DNA of 63,514 bases, filler included, from Asterionella formosa (Eukaryota): NCBI GenBank assembly GCA_002256025.1. It is 22 parts of 22 records of this genome, joined end to end, with 100 filler letters (N's around TTAATTAATTAA, not from the genome) between each part and the next. Parts side by side here need not be neighbours in the genome. Positions count along the whole stretch, not along the records: positions 48,334 to 49,508 come from NKIB01003897.1; positions 49,609 to 50,783 come from NKIB01003898.1; positions 50,884 to 52,057 come from NKIB01003899.1; positions 52,158 to 53,331 come from NKIB01003900.1; positions 53,432 to 54,605 come from NKIB01003901.1; positions 54,706 to 55,878 come from NKIB01003902.1; positions 55,979 to 57,151 come from NKIB01003903.1; positions 57,252 to 58,424 come from NKIB01003904.1; 14 more parts are not named here. One strand, written 5' to 3'. Positions 48,234 through 60,849 of this stretch are shown here, piece after piece. The notes under the pieces are model-generated. The model was not told the DNA's origin and ran no database searches. It worked only from the letters and a program-made list of their open reading frames with translations. Position numbers and translations under genes: made by a program. Within the stretch, counting starts at the first letter, position 1; each line of letters begins with the position of its first letter.

Positions 48234-48333
48234 NNNNNNNNNNNNNNNNNNNNNNNNNNNNNNNNNNNNNNNNNNNNTTAATTAATTAANNNNNNNNNNN
48301 NNNNNNNNNNNNNNNNNNNNNNNNNNNNNNNNN

Positions 48334-49508
48334 CTGATGATACCAATAAATAATAGGATTCGATAGTGATGTAGGAATAACAATACGTCAAGTATCTCCT
48401 GGATTCTTCACAAAATACATTAAATGTATATGATGAAAATTGATAGAGGGAAATTTTAACAGATGTGTTTGGTTTGTTGATTGAGAATGAGATGAGTTGT
48501 TTGATTGAGAATCAATTGTATATCCAGCAATTGTCTATCATGTATGGAGTAATATTCCAGAGGATATTGAATATTGTCTGCCAAAATTGGATGATTGAGG
48601 GAACAGGTAAACAAAGAATCATCATCTACTTCAATTGAGAAAGTAGATATGGATGTTGATGTCGAAAATTTCGGTCCAATATCATCCCCCACCAAAGACT
48701 CAAGCCTCGGGAGGCGAGAGAGAGAATCTGTAATATTTCACATTATCAGTACCCTTCATATTGTGAAAAGTGAGAAGATATTCTTCAATATAAATCCTCC
48801 ACCGGAGAACACGCTGAGTTTCTGTGTAGGGTAATAAAGAAAAAAATATGATGTTCAGTGTGAACATGTAGAACCGCATTCAATGACATAGAGCGAAATT
48901 ATTTGAAAGGTTCTTAATTGACAATCAGAAACCTTAGTAAAAAATATGGAAAGGAAAATTACGATCAGGATAACTCATGAGTGTATCTGCAACTAACAAT
49001 GCTTTCATTGATGCACAAGTTTGTTGATGTATGCATAGGTAACCAAACAAATGGTCTAGTTCCATTTCAATCCTGTTTTAAGATTTGAAGACCAAAATTT
49101 GAAGTCGGTTGGAGTTTATCGATATCCGAATGAGTCAGTTTCTTTAACAGACCATTTCATATAGAATGGTGCTGGAGGACTTCAGCCATAACAGCATATT
49201 TCCGTATCTGTATAGTTAGGAGCTTGAATGTTCCATGTGTAAACATAATCCTTGATAGGTGTATCAAAATATATCAAACCATTGTGCAAATGTTCTGTGC
49301 GTATCATTATAGGAATGCATGACATGCAGAAAAACACTGATATATCCACCATACAGACAGGACATGGTATTTGTAAATTAGCCGTCATAAAATAATCAGC
49401 TGGACAAATGAGCAAACTCGCAGAAGGTACTACGACCAGGTACTTCTGTTGCAAGATACAAGCTGACGGATTAAATTTTGAGAGCATCATGCTGAGTACT
49501 GGCAAAGG
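48334..49508 (+). repeat. Reverse-complement copy of contig 26728-27902
   Basis: Near-identical over the whole length. Confidence 0.93.
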
Positions 49509-49608
49509 NNNNNNNNNNNNNNNNNNNNNNNNNNNNNNNNNNNNNNNNNNNNTTAATTAATTAANNNNNNNNNNNNNNNNNNNNNNNNNNNNNNNNNNNN
49601 NNNNNNNN

Positions 49609-50656
49609 GAGTTCTAACATATTTTTTGTAAAGGATGGTACTTCCAACTTCAATAAAGGCGTGGAAGAATTGCCTGTGGGTCTCTTGACTGATACCAGTA
49701 TTCTCCTCAATGTCATCAAAAGTCCATCCTCTCCCTAGGTACCTGAATGCTCCTAAAACCATAAGTTCAAGGGGTGATGATGCCCTTCCTGTTGCATCAG
49801 GTCGAGTCCAGCGAGGAAACCAATTTGAATCTCTAGCATCAACAACAAATTGGAGGAACTGGTTGTGTGGTAGTCGAAATCTGCGGCGGAATTTCTTTTG
49901 AAATGACAATGATTCAACTGCTGGTCTGGAAATGTATAGTATATACCAGTTTGACATCACAGGAGTTATCATTTGAATTAGCCCTTTGTCATTGATGTAT
50001 TCACAGACCTTGTTCTTTCCTCTCACTCTAACTCTTGGGGGTAGAGGCACATTGTTAAGACTTTGTATTTCTGGAGTGGGCATGAGTAGAGTTCTTCCGA
50101 AATCAGACAAAAACTGAAGATACTGGAAGTATTTCTCTGGTTCTACCTCACCATTAGCATCTAGACATTGTACAATGTCACGTGGGCGATGGTCACATGA
50201 ATCCATGTGTGCCATGTTGGTGAAATGTGGGTTTGATGATGACATGTTGATTGTGGTGAAATCCGAGATTATTTGTTGTTGTTGTTCTCGACAGTGTGGT
50301 CCCCTGGTACCTGGTACCTGGTACCAGGTACCAGAGTACCGTATAGCTATTGTTGTATCTATGTATGATATACTGGTAAATGATGCGTCCTATATGTACT
50401 GATTCTACGATGATAATAATTGGGTTTCTAGTGACTACATTCAAAGTAGTCCATATGGAATCCTACGTTTAGGTAACTTTGGGAAAAAAAAACCTAAACG
50501 TAATGCGTTTGGGTAACTTATTGGGATATGGGCACGGAATCCCCTAAACGTAATGCGTTTGCGTTGGGTTTTTCACTCCCGTTAGCATCGTTTTTTAGGG
50601 TTACCGAAACCAAAACACTGTTTGGTTTGGGTTTTGGTCCACCGTTAGCAACGGCC
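49609..50656 (-). mobile_element. PIF/Harbinger-type transposon 5' part: transposase N-terminus plus probable terminus
   Basis: KFRRRFRLP..F, LELMVLGAFRYLGRGWTFDDIEENTGISQETHRQFF (HTH preceding a DDE_Tnp_4-like core). Subterminal repeats CCTAAACGTAATGCGTTTG x2 and CCGTTAGCA x2. Ends GGCC followed by TAA. Confidence 0.8.
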
Positions 50657-50883
50657 TAAGCATGAATAAATAAACTGGTGATCTACAGCCAATGCCAAAT
50701 ACCGAGCGAAACATAAACAACACTTTTTCAAATCGACTTCTCAATGACTTTACAAAACAATGAAGTCTACTACCGGTGGAGAANNNNNNNNNNNNNNNNN
50801 NNNNNNNNNNNNNNNNNNNNNNNNNNNTTAATTAATTAANNNNNNNNNNNNNNNNNNNNNNNNNNNNNNNNNNNNNNNNNNNN

Positions 50884-51335
50884 GAGCTGTGGGAGTGGGA
50901 GGAAGGGCCGGAAAGGGCAGACCAGGCAGAGGCATGGTCAGAAAGGTGTAGATAGGATGCCGGGGAAGCCGAAGGCAGAGCCCGGGGTGAAATATGGGGT
51001 GGTGGGTAGGGACTCATAGAATACGGGGCTGAATAGCGAAGAGGAGGCGCAGACGTGCGGGGGTCCATAGCGAACTCGGATGATGAGGGCGGGACAAAAT
51101 GCGGAAGTTGAGCATTAGTGGAGAACTGGTGATGGCAGGTAGGGTTAGGGTTCTGGTTAGGGTTCTGGTTAGGGTTCTGGTTAGGGTTAGGGTTAGGGTT
51201 AAGCGGTGCCACCAAAAGTTCACCATGGGGATGGGGAAATAATGCACCAGCATTGTGTTGTTGCCATGCAGCCAATTCGCCACTGAATGCAGCTGCATCA
51301 GTGTCATTGGCATCATGAGGCGATGGAGATCGCAT
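50884..51335 (-). other. GC-rich Pro/Ser-rich ORF start containing an (NPNQ)n tract encoded by telomere-like repeats
   Basis: ORF open to the gap. 51138-51201 is a TTAGGG/TTCTGG mosaic. May be a TE ORF1. Confidence 0.35.
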
Positions 51336-52157
51336 GATGGAGGGAAGTCTGGTAAGGGATCAGTAACCTGTGTGTGTTGAGAGGGAGAAACGCTTGCAAC
51401 GGATGCCAGCGGCAGCTACATTAACAAGGAACTGAGATTCTAAAGTAGTATTTAACTAGCTGTAGAGGGACCAGTACTCACGGGAATTAAGCACTTACAG
51501 GAATCTTGGTAGGATATACGGAGTAACCGGTATATGGTACCAACACCAGGTACGCAGAATGGAAACTGGTATACCAGGGTACTGGTACCATTCATGCCGG
51601 TATGATGATGTACGGAGTACATGGTATCAGGTACATGGTACTATTTGATAGGTAGGAGCACCTCTCACCAGTACTAGTAACGGTACTGGTACTCCGAATG
51701 CTGGTTCCATTGCACCAGTGGTATGTTATGTGAACAGTACCAGGTACCAGGTACAGTACTGGTAGAGACAAACCGGACTACAGGACCATATGTACCGGTA
51801 ATAAAAATGGACACCACTGAGCTCCGGGTTATTCATATGGTACTAAACGAAGCAACCAATATCATCATTTCAGCCAGAGCGACAAAGAGCGAAAGCAAAT
51901 GAAAGGAAAACGATTCGCCATTATCTATACAAAGTGGTGAGGTGAAGCATGCGGACCCTGGAGGATCGTTTTTTGATGTCGTTGCCCCCTGCAGATCCTC
52001 TATACTGATATGAGGACATTCTGTGAAAGTTGAGCTGAAGTTGATTCGAAATCCATTNNNNNNNNNNNNNNNNNNNNNNNNNNNNNNNNNNNNNNNNNNN
52101 NTTAATTAATTAANNNNNNNNNNNNNNNNNNNNNNNNNNNNNNNNNNNNNNNNNNNN

Positions 52158-52883
52158 AAAGTACTGCTGACACATGAAGATGCCGTTGTGAGACTGCCTA
52201 CTGCAGACGAAGCCACCTTGTTTGCAACCATGATCAATCAGAAAGACCAACTTATAAAAAATTGTTGGGGAGCAATGGATGGTCTGAAACTGACCCTGCA
52301 ACGGGCTGGAAATGAAACACAGCAGAACAACTTCTACAATGGATGGACCCATGAACACTATGTGACAAACTTGTTTCTTTTTTCGCCTGATGGAAAAATT
52401 CGCTGCTCATATTTCAATGCACCTGGTGTTTTACATGACTCCACCATGGCAATTTGGTCATCGATCTATGATCATATTGAAACAGTTTACAGGGATACAG
52501 GCAAAACAGTAGTTGATGATTCAGCATTTGCATCTAAAAAATCAAATGCAATGTTGAAATCTCATCAAGACAATGTTGATGCAAATGGTAATCCTCGACA
52601 AAGATTTGGTATGAATCGCCAAGCCACCTCAATCCGACAGCTGTCGGAATGGGGAATGCGATGCCTTCAGGGATCATTTACGAGAATCAAAGACAAATTT
52701 CGTTATGAAGAAAAAGGTGAGAGAAAATTAAATCTCCAAATGATTGTATTGCTCTACAACTTTCGCGCTAGCAAAGTTGGTCAGAACAAATACAACTTTC
52801 GTGCTAGCAAAGTTGGTCAGAACAAAATTGCTTCAGTGTATATGCCCTATTTGCATAGGAATGCAAATAGATATGCCATATAA
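52158..52883 (+). mobile_element. Harbinger DDE_Tnp_4 transposase, C-terminal part
   Basis: WGAMDG, FYNGW..H, FSPDG.I, NAPG..HDS, V.DSAF, SEWGM..LQGSF.RI. In-frame 36-bp tandem duplication at 52755-52826. Confidence 0.9.
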
Positions 52884-52960
52884 TTCAAAGAAATTATTCC
52901 TTCATGATTATTTAGCACAACTTCTTTCACATTATATTAGAATGAATTAATTTAAGGTTG

Positions 52961-53331
52961 TTATTCATCATCACTACTACTGCTACCACTGTTGTTTTTT
53001 GGTGTTTGACATTGAGTTGAGGCAGACAAAGTTTGTTGTGCATTGGCACCTGCTGTCGAGGTTAGATTTTGGCTTTGCATTGTTTGCTGCATTGAAATCA
53101 TGTTTGAAGCAATAATTGAATTCATAATTGCCTGAGTGGGATTGGCACTGTCAGTGGAGGTGGTTGTTTGAGATACCCCATGCTGATTCAACAATGATGC
53201 CATGATTGACATCATCATCATGTTCATCATGTTCTGTTGCTGCAGTTGTTGCTGCTGTTGTTGTTGCTGCTGCAGGTTATCAGTATCAGTTCGAGTAGCC
53301 TTGTGAAGCAACTGTGTCGAAAGAAGAGAAA
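52961..53331 (-). mobile_element. Convergent Q/M-rich C-terminus, probably the second ORF of the Harbinger element
   Basis: Tail-to-tail with the transposase, 77 bp apart; low-complexity QQQ..MMNMMMM tail. Confidence 0.55.
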
Positions 53332-53559
53332 NNNNNNNNNNNNNNNNNNNNNNNNNNNNNNNNNNNNNNNNNNNNTTAATTAATTAANNNNNNNNNNNNN
53401 NNNNNNNNNNNNNNNNNNNNNNNNNNNNNNNTGAACTGGTGGGAGGAGTTCGAATCCTCCCATGATGCCCCCCAAGCACCCCACATCGATGGGGCAGGCG
53501 GGCAAAGCGGCCGGATAGGTTTTCTCCTGGCGCCTTGGAACAGCCAAAAAAAAAAAAAT

Positions 53560-54440
53560 TCTCACCGAAATGTGGTTAAACTAGGTGGAAGCCTAGCCTG
53601 GGGCGAAGAAGATTGGGTACAAATGCACCACCAACAACAATGGGTGCGAAAAGAGTTATAAAAAAATAGGAAAAAAAAAATAAAAATTGAAAAAAATAAC
53701 ATAGAAAATAAAAATGAAAAAAAAGGGAAGAAAAGGAACCCGGCCCTGGGAGGGAAATGGCAAGTAGCAACACAACTTAGTACTGTTTTGTGCTCAAAAG
53801 TGAAGTGATTGCCACTACCTCCCCCACCAAACAACGGAGAGGGGATAGGATTCTTGATGCTATGGGTGGCATGCACTGGAGTTCTGTCTCCTACCCCACT
53901 CCCACCTGAGTATTCACTATCATGACTACTCGCGGGACCTCTCTCTAAGCCTGGCAGGTCGATCCACCGGAAACGTGGTTAAACTATCTCACCGAAATGT
54001 GGCAAAACTAGGTGGGTGCCTGGGGCGCCAAGCCACCGGAAATGTGGTTCATCAACTTTCTCACCGAAATGTGGTTAAACTAGGTGGAAGCCTAGCCTGG
54101 GGCGAAGAAGATTGGGTACAAATGCACCACCAACAACAATGGGTGCGAAAAGAGTTATAAAAAAATAGGAAAAAAGAAATAAAAACTGAAAAAAATAACA
54201 TAGAATCCACCGGAAACGTGGTTAAACTATCTCACCGAAATGTGGCAAAACTAGGTGGGTGCCTGGGGCGTCAAGCCACCGGAAATGTGGTTCATCAACT
54301 TTCTCACCGAAATGTGGTTAAACTAGGTGGAAGCCTAACCTGGGGAGAAGAAGATTGGGTACAAATGCACCACCAACAACAATGGGTGCGACAAGAGTTA
54401 TAAAAAAAATAGGAAAAAAGAAATAAAAATTGAAAAAATA
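53560..54440 (+). repeat. 243-bp tandem repeat (about 53962-54204, 54205-54440) plus partial copy (53560-53705), with iterated CACCG(G)AAAYGTGG motifs and A-rich tails
   Basis: Duplicate ORFs offset by 243 bp; four motif copies per full unit. Confidence 0.9.
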
Positions 54441-54503
54441 GGTGCTCAGACAAACCCACCCGGATCCCCAACGCCCATGATACCACCAGATGGCTGTGGG
54501 GCA

Positions 54504-54605
54504 CCACTGGTGGTGGGCACCCTTAACATCAACGGGCTGCAGCGGAAAAAAACCGATCTTCGGTTTCTGTTGCAACAAACCCGGTGTGATGTTATGGCGG
54601 TGCAG
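54504..54605 (+). mobile_element. LINE AP endonuclease N-terminus
   Basis: Manual translation PLVVGTLNINGLQRKKTDLRFLLQQTRCDVMAVQ (N.NG and D...Q[E] motifs). Not in the ORF track. Confidence 0.85.
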
Positions 54606-55439
54606 NNNNNNNNNNNNNNNNNNNNNNNNNNNNNNNNNNNNNNNNNNNNTTAATTAATTAANNNNNNNNNNNNNNNNNNNNNNNNNNNNNNNNNNNNNNN
54701 NNNNNGGCTGGTCCATGACCATCTGAAATCCAACCGACTCTCAGCAACCTTCCACACTGAAGGGAGCATGACATGACTGACAAAAATGTCAACTTAACTA
54801 TATAGCACATTAAATCTATCCAACAATTGCACTCGGGCCCAAATAAATGGACAAAAAAATTGTACCGGTTTTATTTGTCCGTACGGTACAATGGTGATAA
54901 ATTATATGGAATCCAACGAGTCAAGGATCAATATTTTTAGTGATTAGAAGCCAAGACACACAACACTTATTCAAAAATGAAATGAGATGCTTACTGATTG
55001 ACAAATGAATTGAGATGCTTTCTTACTCACAAATGAATTGAGATGCTTACATATTGACAAGTGAATAAGATGCTCACTTCTTGTCAAATGAATATGCAAT
55101 GTTTAATTATTCTCCAATGAATATGATTCCTTATTTTCAAAGCAAGGAGGATCATATTGACGAGATCAAAGAAACTGTGAAATTTCCTGTTAAGAATTAC
55201 ATGAGCAATCAGGCAAGAACAAGACTAGATAGACTATTAACAGATATCTCACAATTTTACAAAGTGTAAAGTGAAAATACGTTTTCAGCTTTCGTGATCT
55301 TACAAGTAAGATCTGTGATATTCTCAACGAAAAAGGCTAGACAATAAAACACATTTTAGATCGAACCTACAGATCTAGAGACAAGATGAGAAATCAGGTG
55401 AGACTGTTCGCTTGATCAAGTTTAACAGAAGGGAGACTG

Positions 55440-55878
55440 ATTGGCATGAGTGGAGTATCAAGACTTTTCAGATTGCGAAACTCTAAAGGTTTTACGCATG
55501 TGTATGCCAAAGACACGAAGCCAATAGATGATGATGCCTATTTGGTGTCTACTGATGATGACGAGAAGAAGAAGTTTGAGTTGAATGACAAGGCATATCA
55601 GTTATATGTCATAGTTTCATTGGGATTGCATTTGGGATTGTGAATTCAGCCAAGACAGATGATTTGATGGATGGAGATGCTTTTCTTGCCTGGTAGTATT
55701 TGGTGAATCGCTATGCTCCTCATCAAGTTACTGATTTGATTCAGCTAACACGCGAATTCAATGATTGTACTTTGAGGAGTACTAAAGCGGACCCAGATGA
55801 ATGGTTCCTTGCTCTCGTTAACATCAGGAACAGGATGCGTTAAATGATACCTCATTCGAAAAGAAAGAGGTTGAAGTC
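55440..55878 (+). mobile_element. Copia gag fragment, same family as 35790-36200
   Basis: High nucleotide identity, e.g. TCTACTGATGATGACGAGAAGAAGAAG..GCCAAGACAGATGATTTGATGGATGGAGATGC. Confidence 0.85.
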
Positions 55879-55978
55879 NNNNNNNNNNNNNNNNNNNNNN
55901 NNNNNNNNNNNNNNNNNNNNNNTTAATTAATTAANNNNNNNNNNNNNNNNNNNNNNNNNNNNNNNNNNNNNNNNNNNN

Positions 55979-56460
55979 ATTTTCTCACGGAAGGTCGAAG
56001 TAATTAGAGAAAACACGAGCATGCGTGACAATTCAACCTCTTCTAACTCATACTGATCAAATGCCTCAAAGTCAACATTGGTCGTATCTGCACGACGAGT
56101 GAACTCATCAACAACAGAGACAAATTTGAAGCGATGAGAGTGTTCGAAAAAGTCAACGACTGTTCCATCATTGTCTTTGATTGCATAGAAGGTTGTTTGT
56201 TGGCCATGCTCTTTCACCTTTTCTTTCAACATACTGATGAATTTTTCCTTTCCTATCTCAGTAGACAGTCCCGCAGTTGCTTCAAGTTGTCCATTGAACT
56301 TGACAGTGGTTACAGAATCGCGTGCATCTCTTAGCTTCTGTTCAATGGAAGCAATCGTTTTTCCATGACGAGCGACGTTGCGTCGAGAATCGATAAGCGC
56401 TTCGGTTTGGTAGAAGGTGGTAAGTGTCATCAAGTTGAGCACCTCCAATGAAGATGCCAT
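55979..56460 (-). mobile_element. Probable gag-like N-terminus of another LTR retrotransposon
   Basis: Open from ATG to the gap. EKVKEHGQQTTFY..VVD.FEHSHRF resembles diatom CoDi gag from memory only. Confidence 0.4.
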
Positions 56461-57606
56461 ATGTGGTATGAATACCTCATCTCTGAGGGGGAACGGTTGG
56501 AAGATTTACTGGATTAGACATGGTCGTTGATCTTGTAATCTGGCTGATGGAAGCTTTATTTATTCTCTTATAATGTTAGGGTCATAACCACTTGTTACAG
56601 ATGAATAGTACTGTCGACAGCTCTTGCAATGAAGCAGGATGAAGTAGACTCTTGAGGTTGTTCTAAGAACTTGTAGAAGCGGAAGGTTTGTAATGGCGAC
56701 TAATTCCTAAAGTATTTATTAGAAATTGTGAGCTATATATTATATATGCCGGAAGTGATGGAGGAACAGGTAATGATGGCGGTATCTGTGATTCAAAACC
56801 AAATATCCAATGCTGACATCATCTTATGATATTCCATGGTAACGGTCCTATAACCGGCAATGAAATAATAATAATATGTACATACATCACTCATACTTTC
56901 GTTACTGTAATATTATATGTATGGCAAAAGCTCTCAGTTTCTTTTGTCATGTTGTGGCTGAGAGTGACAACTTAACAAGAACAGGTTGAGGCCGTTTTGG
57001 ACTCGGTAAGAGCCAACAGTCCTCTAGAAGCTCACTGTTGGCATTCCTTCCTTCGAATCACCTCGCGTGTGAAACATGCATCAAGCTGATTGGCATTTTG
57101 CCCCATTTGGCTGGTGCTTCCGGAAAACAGCTAGACCAGTTGTGTTCTCAANNNNNNNNNNNNNNNNNNNNNNNNNNNNNNNNNNNNNNNNNNNNTTAAT
57201 TAATTAANNNNNNNNNNNNNNNNNNNNNNNNNNNNNNNNNNNNNNNNNNNNGCGCTCTCGATATGGAACATCTGATATGGTTTAAATGATCATACTCGCA
57301 TATACATAATTCGAAAATACTCAATGCATTATATGTTCATTGTTTTCCACGACTACGTGTACCGGAATTGTTTCTGAAATTGGTTTGCATCGATATTTTC
57401 TACGTCCGTTGAAACTAATTATTTAGACCGTTCAATTGCCGCAAGGGTTTTGGTAGCAAATTGTTTAAGCCCCTTTTTTGGGCGGGAGCTCTTCATGTGT
57501 ACCGGTACATAATATGACAATAACAACATATCATATATATATACAGAGTACCAGTAACAGGTAGTAAGTGATATACTGGGGGTAGTCGGAGTAGTAAAAT
57601 AGCAAC

Positions 57607-57870
57607 AGAACACCATATGTTCAGGACTGTTGCTACTGCAGTGGAACAGTAAATCATCATAGTTTTAGGATCGTATGATCGTAAAACTAAAAACCAATAG
57701 AACACCATATGTTCATGACTGTTGCTACTGCAGTGGGACAGTAAATCATCATAGTTTTAGGATTGTATGATCGTGAAACTGAAAAGCGTTAGTCGGAGTA
57801 ATAAGCAAGCAATAGAACACCATATGTATGTTCATGACTGTTGCTACTGCAGCGGGACAGTACCGGTAAA
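57607..57870 (+). repeat. About 92-115-bp tandem repeat, 2.5 copies
   Basis: AGAACACCATATG..GACTGTTGCTACTGCAG.GG.ACAGTA at about 57607, 57699 and 57814. Confidence 0.85.
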
Positions 57871-57882
57871 TGAATTTAAGAT

Positions 57883-58095
57883 CATCGAACTTTAAGGAAG
57901 ACAACGACAACAGCCGGTCGTGTTGCTGGTCCACTTTTAATGGCCGAAGAAGGAAGCGACGAAAAGATCACCATTACGAGCGGAACGAGAGAAATCGCTT
58001 ACGACGCCAAGTCTGGACAATTCTTTGAGACTAACTTGCAGGAAGAAGAATGCATTCCTGACGAGGAATACTGTGTCGTCGATCCGGAAAGTGGG
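57883..58095 (+). pseudogene. PGRL1: PGRL1-like gene fragment (transit peptide end to EYC..D motif)
   Basis: Manual translation ..AGPLLMAEEGSDEKITITSGTREIAYDAKSGQFFETNLQEEECIPDEEYCVVDPESG, bounded by stops. YC.D precedes the E..FL.ALQ motif in PGRL1. Confidence 0.6.
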
Positions 58096-58524
58096 GTGTT
58101 GTGACAAATATCTTCGGTTATATCGGTACCTGGTACCACGAACCTGTATCCATATTCATGTTGAGAGGCTGCGCCCTACGCATGTATCCACTTAGTTACC
58201 TGGTACCAGGGGTACCGATACAAGGCATAATACGTGTACCAAATAACTTCGGGTATACTCCTATATACTGTATTTATATTATGTACAGTTATATTTTTTG
58301 ATTACCGGTATATACCGTACCCGATCTGCATCTACAGACAAATATTCGCAATATTCGGACTTTCCCGGAACTCCCAACTCCCTCCAGGTTTGGTAACAAT
58401 GGGTCACATACACGGTATAGTGCCNNNNNNNNNNNNNNNNNNNNNNNNNNNNNNNNNNNNNNNNNNNNTTAATTAATTAANNNNNNNNNNNNNNNNNNNN
58501 NNNNNNNNNNNNNNNNNNNNNNNN

Positions 58525-59697
58525 TCTGTTGTGGGCCGGTTCCTCTGGAAGAAACAGGCAGGCATTTTTTGTTTCTCCTTGCTTGGTGTCATCACAGAAA
58601 GGATGCATCTGAAAGTTCGAGAAATTATGGTAAGCAGTTAAAATTTTGGGAAATGGAAACAGGTCTTTTGTCACATTGCTGTTGTTCTTTTTGTTGTTGC
58701 TCTGCACCGTCGCTCGTTTTCTTCGTCTTGTGTTTGGAAATATGTTTGATTGCTGTTGTAGTTCCCTTACCTCCATTTCGTTCTTCCTCTTACTTGTGCC
58801 GTTTGGAATTGGAAAAGTGGTCAGTCATGAACATACTCTGCGAACCTTTTTCTTTTTCTACAGACAATCAATCTGTTTTTGGCAGGGCAGGGTTGAACCT
58901 TGGGAATAATGAAATGCGTCGTGCTCTGCCTGTGTCAGGATGGCTATCCTGTGTCAGGCAGGCTATCAATCATTTGTTATTTACATTGTTGAAAGGATTC
59001 CTCTGGTGCATAGGGGACAACTGTATACATGGTAAGCAAGTGCAATGTTTTCTTGCCTTCTGCTGATATTGTTTGCTGTTGCTTGTTGTGGGCAGATCTC
59101 CTCTCCTATTCTCCTTCGTTTTTGTTCGGAATTGTTAGCGCAGGCATTGCCTATTTGTAATGAATTAGAAGAAGGGCTTGATTTTGTGCTTGTTACTAAT
59201 TGTTGATCACGAACTTACTCTGCAAACGCTGTTTGTTGTCTACAGACAATCAATCTGTTGAGAAAGGGATTTGTTGGGAATCAGGCGGCATGGTAAGCAC
59301 AACAAGAACGATGCCTTTGTAAAAATTGTTCGTCCATGAACTCACTCTGCGACCGTTGTTCACTGATTGCAGACAATCAATTTGATGAGGGCTGGGTTGG
59401 ACATTGGGGAACATGGTAAGGAGCAAACAGAACCGAAATCATGGCCTCGCAACTTTTGCTATCTCATCAACTCACTCTGCAAATGCTGTTGCCCTCTTGT
59501 TTCTACAGCAGACAATCATTCTGAGCAATGAGAATGAGCAGCCGGCTCATTTGCTATGAATTGATCTACTGATACTAGCAACAGGGACTCCTGCAAGTAT
59601 GAGTAGCCAGGCAATCTTGTGAGTCGTTACAGCATCCAGCTGCAAGAATGAACATCCATTGCTTGTCGTATTGGTTTGAGAATCACGTTCTATAGAA
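58525..59697 (+). other. Array of repeated short exon/intron-like units
   Basis: Four acceptor-like CAG|ACAATCA.T preceded by pyrimidines and CTCAC/CTTAC-like branch motifs; four donor-like ATG|GTAAG. Confidence 0.5.
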
Positions 59698-60466
59698 NNN
59701 NNNNNNNNNNNNNNNNNNNNNNNNNNNNNNNNNNNNNNNNNTTAATTAATTAANNNNNNNNNNNNNNNNNNNNNNNNNNNNNNNNNNNNNNNNNNNNGCT
59801 AACAAATCATTCCTTCTCATTGTTTCTGTAACTGCATAGGTTGCTGCAATGTCAATTGAATCCTCGACTCAAATGAAAGAACTCTGCAATACAGTTGAAT
59901 GGTGAGTGTGTTCTTGTTGTGTACCTAAATGCTAGTATGGCTTGTCAGCTCACGCATTGTTGTTGACAACAGGCAGGGACAATGAGGTCCGGAATGAACT
60001 GTGTGTTGCTTTCTGCTGTTGCTAGTTCTATCATATACATTACTGACACACTGTTGTTATGAAAATCTCTGCAGGTCAATGAAGAAGTCATTTCAAGTAC
60101 AAGAAGGAAATCAGTGTGTGAGGATGCATTCATGTTGCAACTTCGTAGAATGATGCCTGTTCAAGAGTGAATAATTTCCCCCTTCTGAATGAATGGCTTC
60201 TCCTTGTCTTGCAATGTCCTTACAGATGTCTCATAATGCCTGCCTTCTCAAGACTGAAGATTCCATTCTGATAGAACAGCTTTGTTTGATTGCATATCGA
60301 GATTTGTTTCCCATGTAATGTGAAATACCGGTTGTTGAATTAGTAATCAACATTATTTGATAGTACTTTTAAAATACGTAAAAATTTAATAAATTACGTG
60401 AACCATATTATAGAATTACGTGAACAAAAATTTAAGACAATGTGAACTGAATTACAGAATTAATTG

Positions 60467-60535
60467 AAGTATTTCAAATAATTATGTGAAGTATTTCAAA
60501 TAATTATGTGAAGTATTTCAAATAATTATGTGAAG
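60467..60535 (+). repeat. 22-bp tandem repeat x3 within an ATTACGTG/CACGTAAT-rich segment (60370-60725)
   Basis: AAGTATTTCAAATAATTATGTG x3. Confidence 0.9.
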
Positions 60536-60849
60536 GTGATCACGTAATATAGTGATGATCAGGAATGCATGCATGATACTCTCATCAAATAATTAACGTG
60601 ATGTATTCAGATAATATATAGATATATTCAAGTAAGCATTTTGATGTATTCAACTAATTCATGTGATCCATTCAAAATCAACTAGGCTTATTTACGTGAT
60701 GGTCACTTCACGTAATACGCGGCTTAGAGGTATAATATGATTTGTGACATGATGGATTGATGCATATCACATACCGGTATCCTCAACAACCAGCCATCAC
60801 GTTCATTGTTGTGTCGTCTTTCCTTGTTTTAGCTATATACCGGTATATG

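Noticed and set aside
26728..49508. Giant 1.2-kb inverted repeats flanking a 20-kb gene-bearing element (Polinton/Maverick-like)
   Set aside because: The arms are independent contigs in arbitrary orientation, and there are no polB, integrase or capsid genes between them.
53560..54440. CRISPR array
   Set aside because: Intervening sequences are themselves repeated, the context is eukaryotic and there are no cas genes.
58830..59520. Minus-strand micro-exons of 17-27 nt (TAG..GTRAGT)
   Set aside because: The apparent donors are reverse complements of plus-strand branch motifs (CTCAC/CTTAC). The plus-strand model has better pyrimidine tracts. Not fully excluded.
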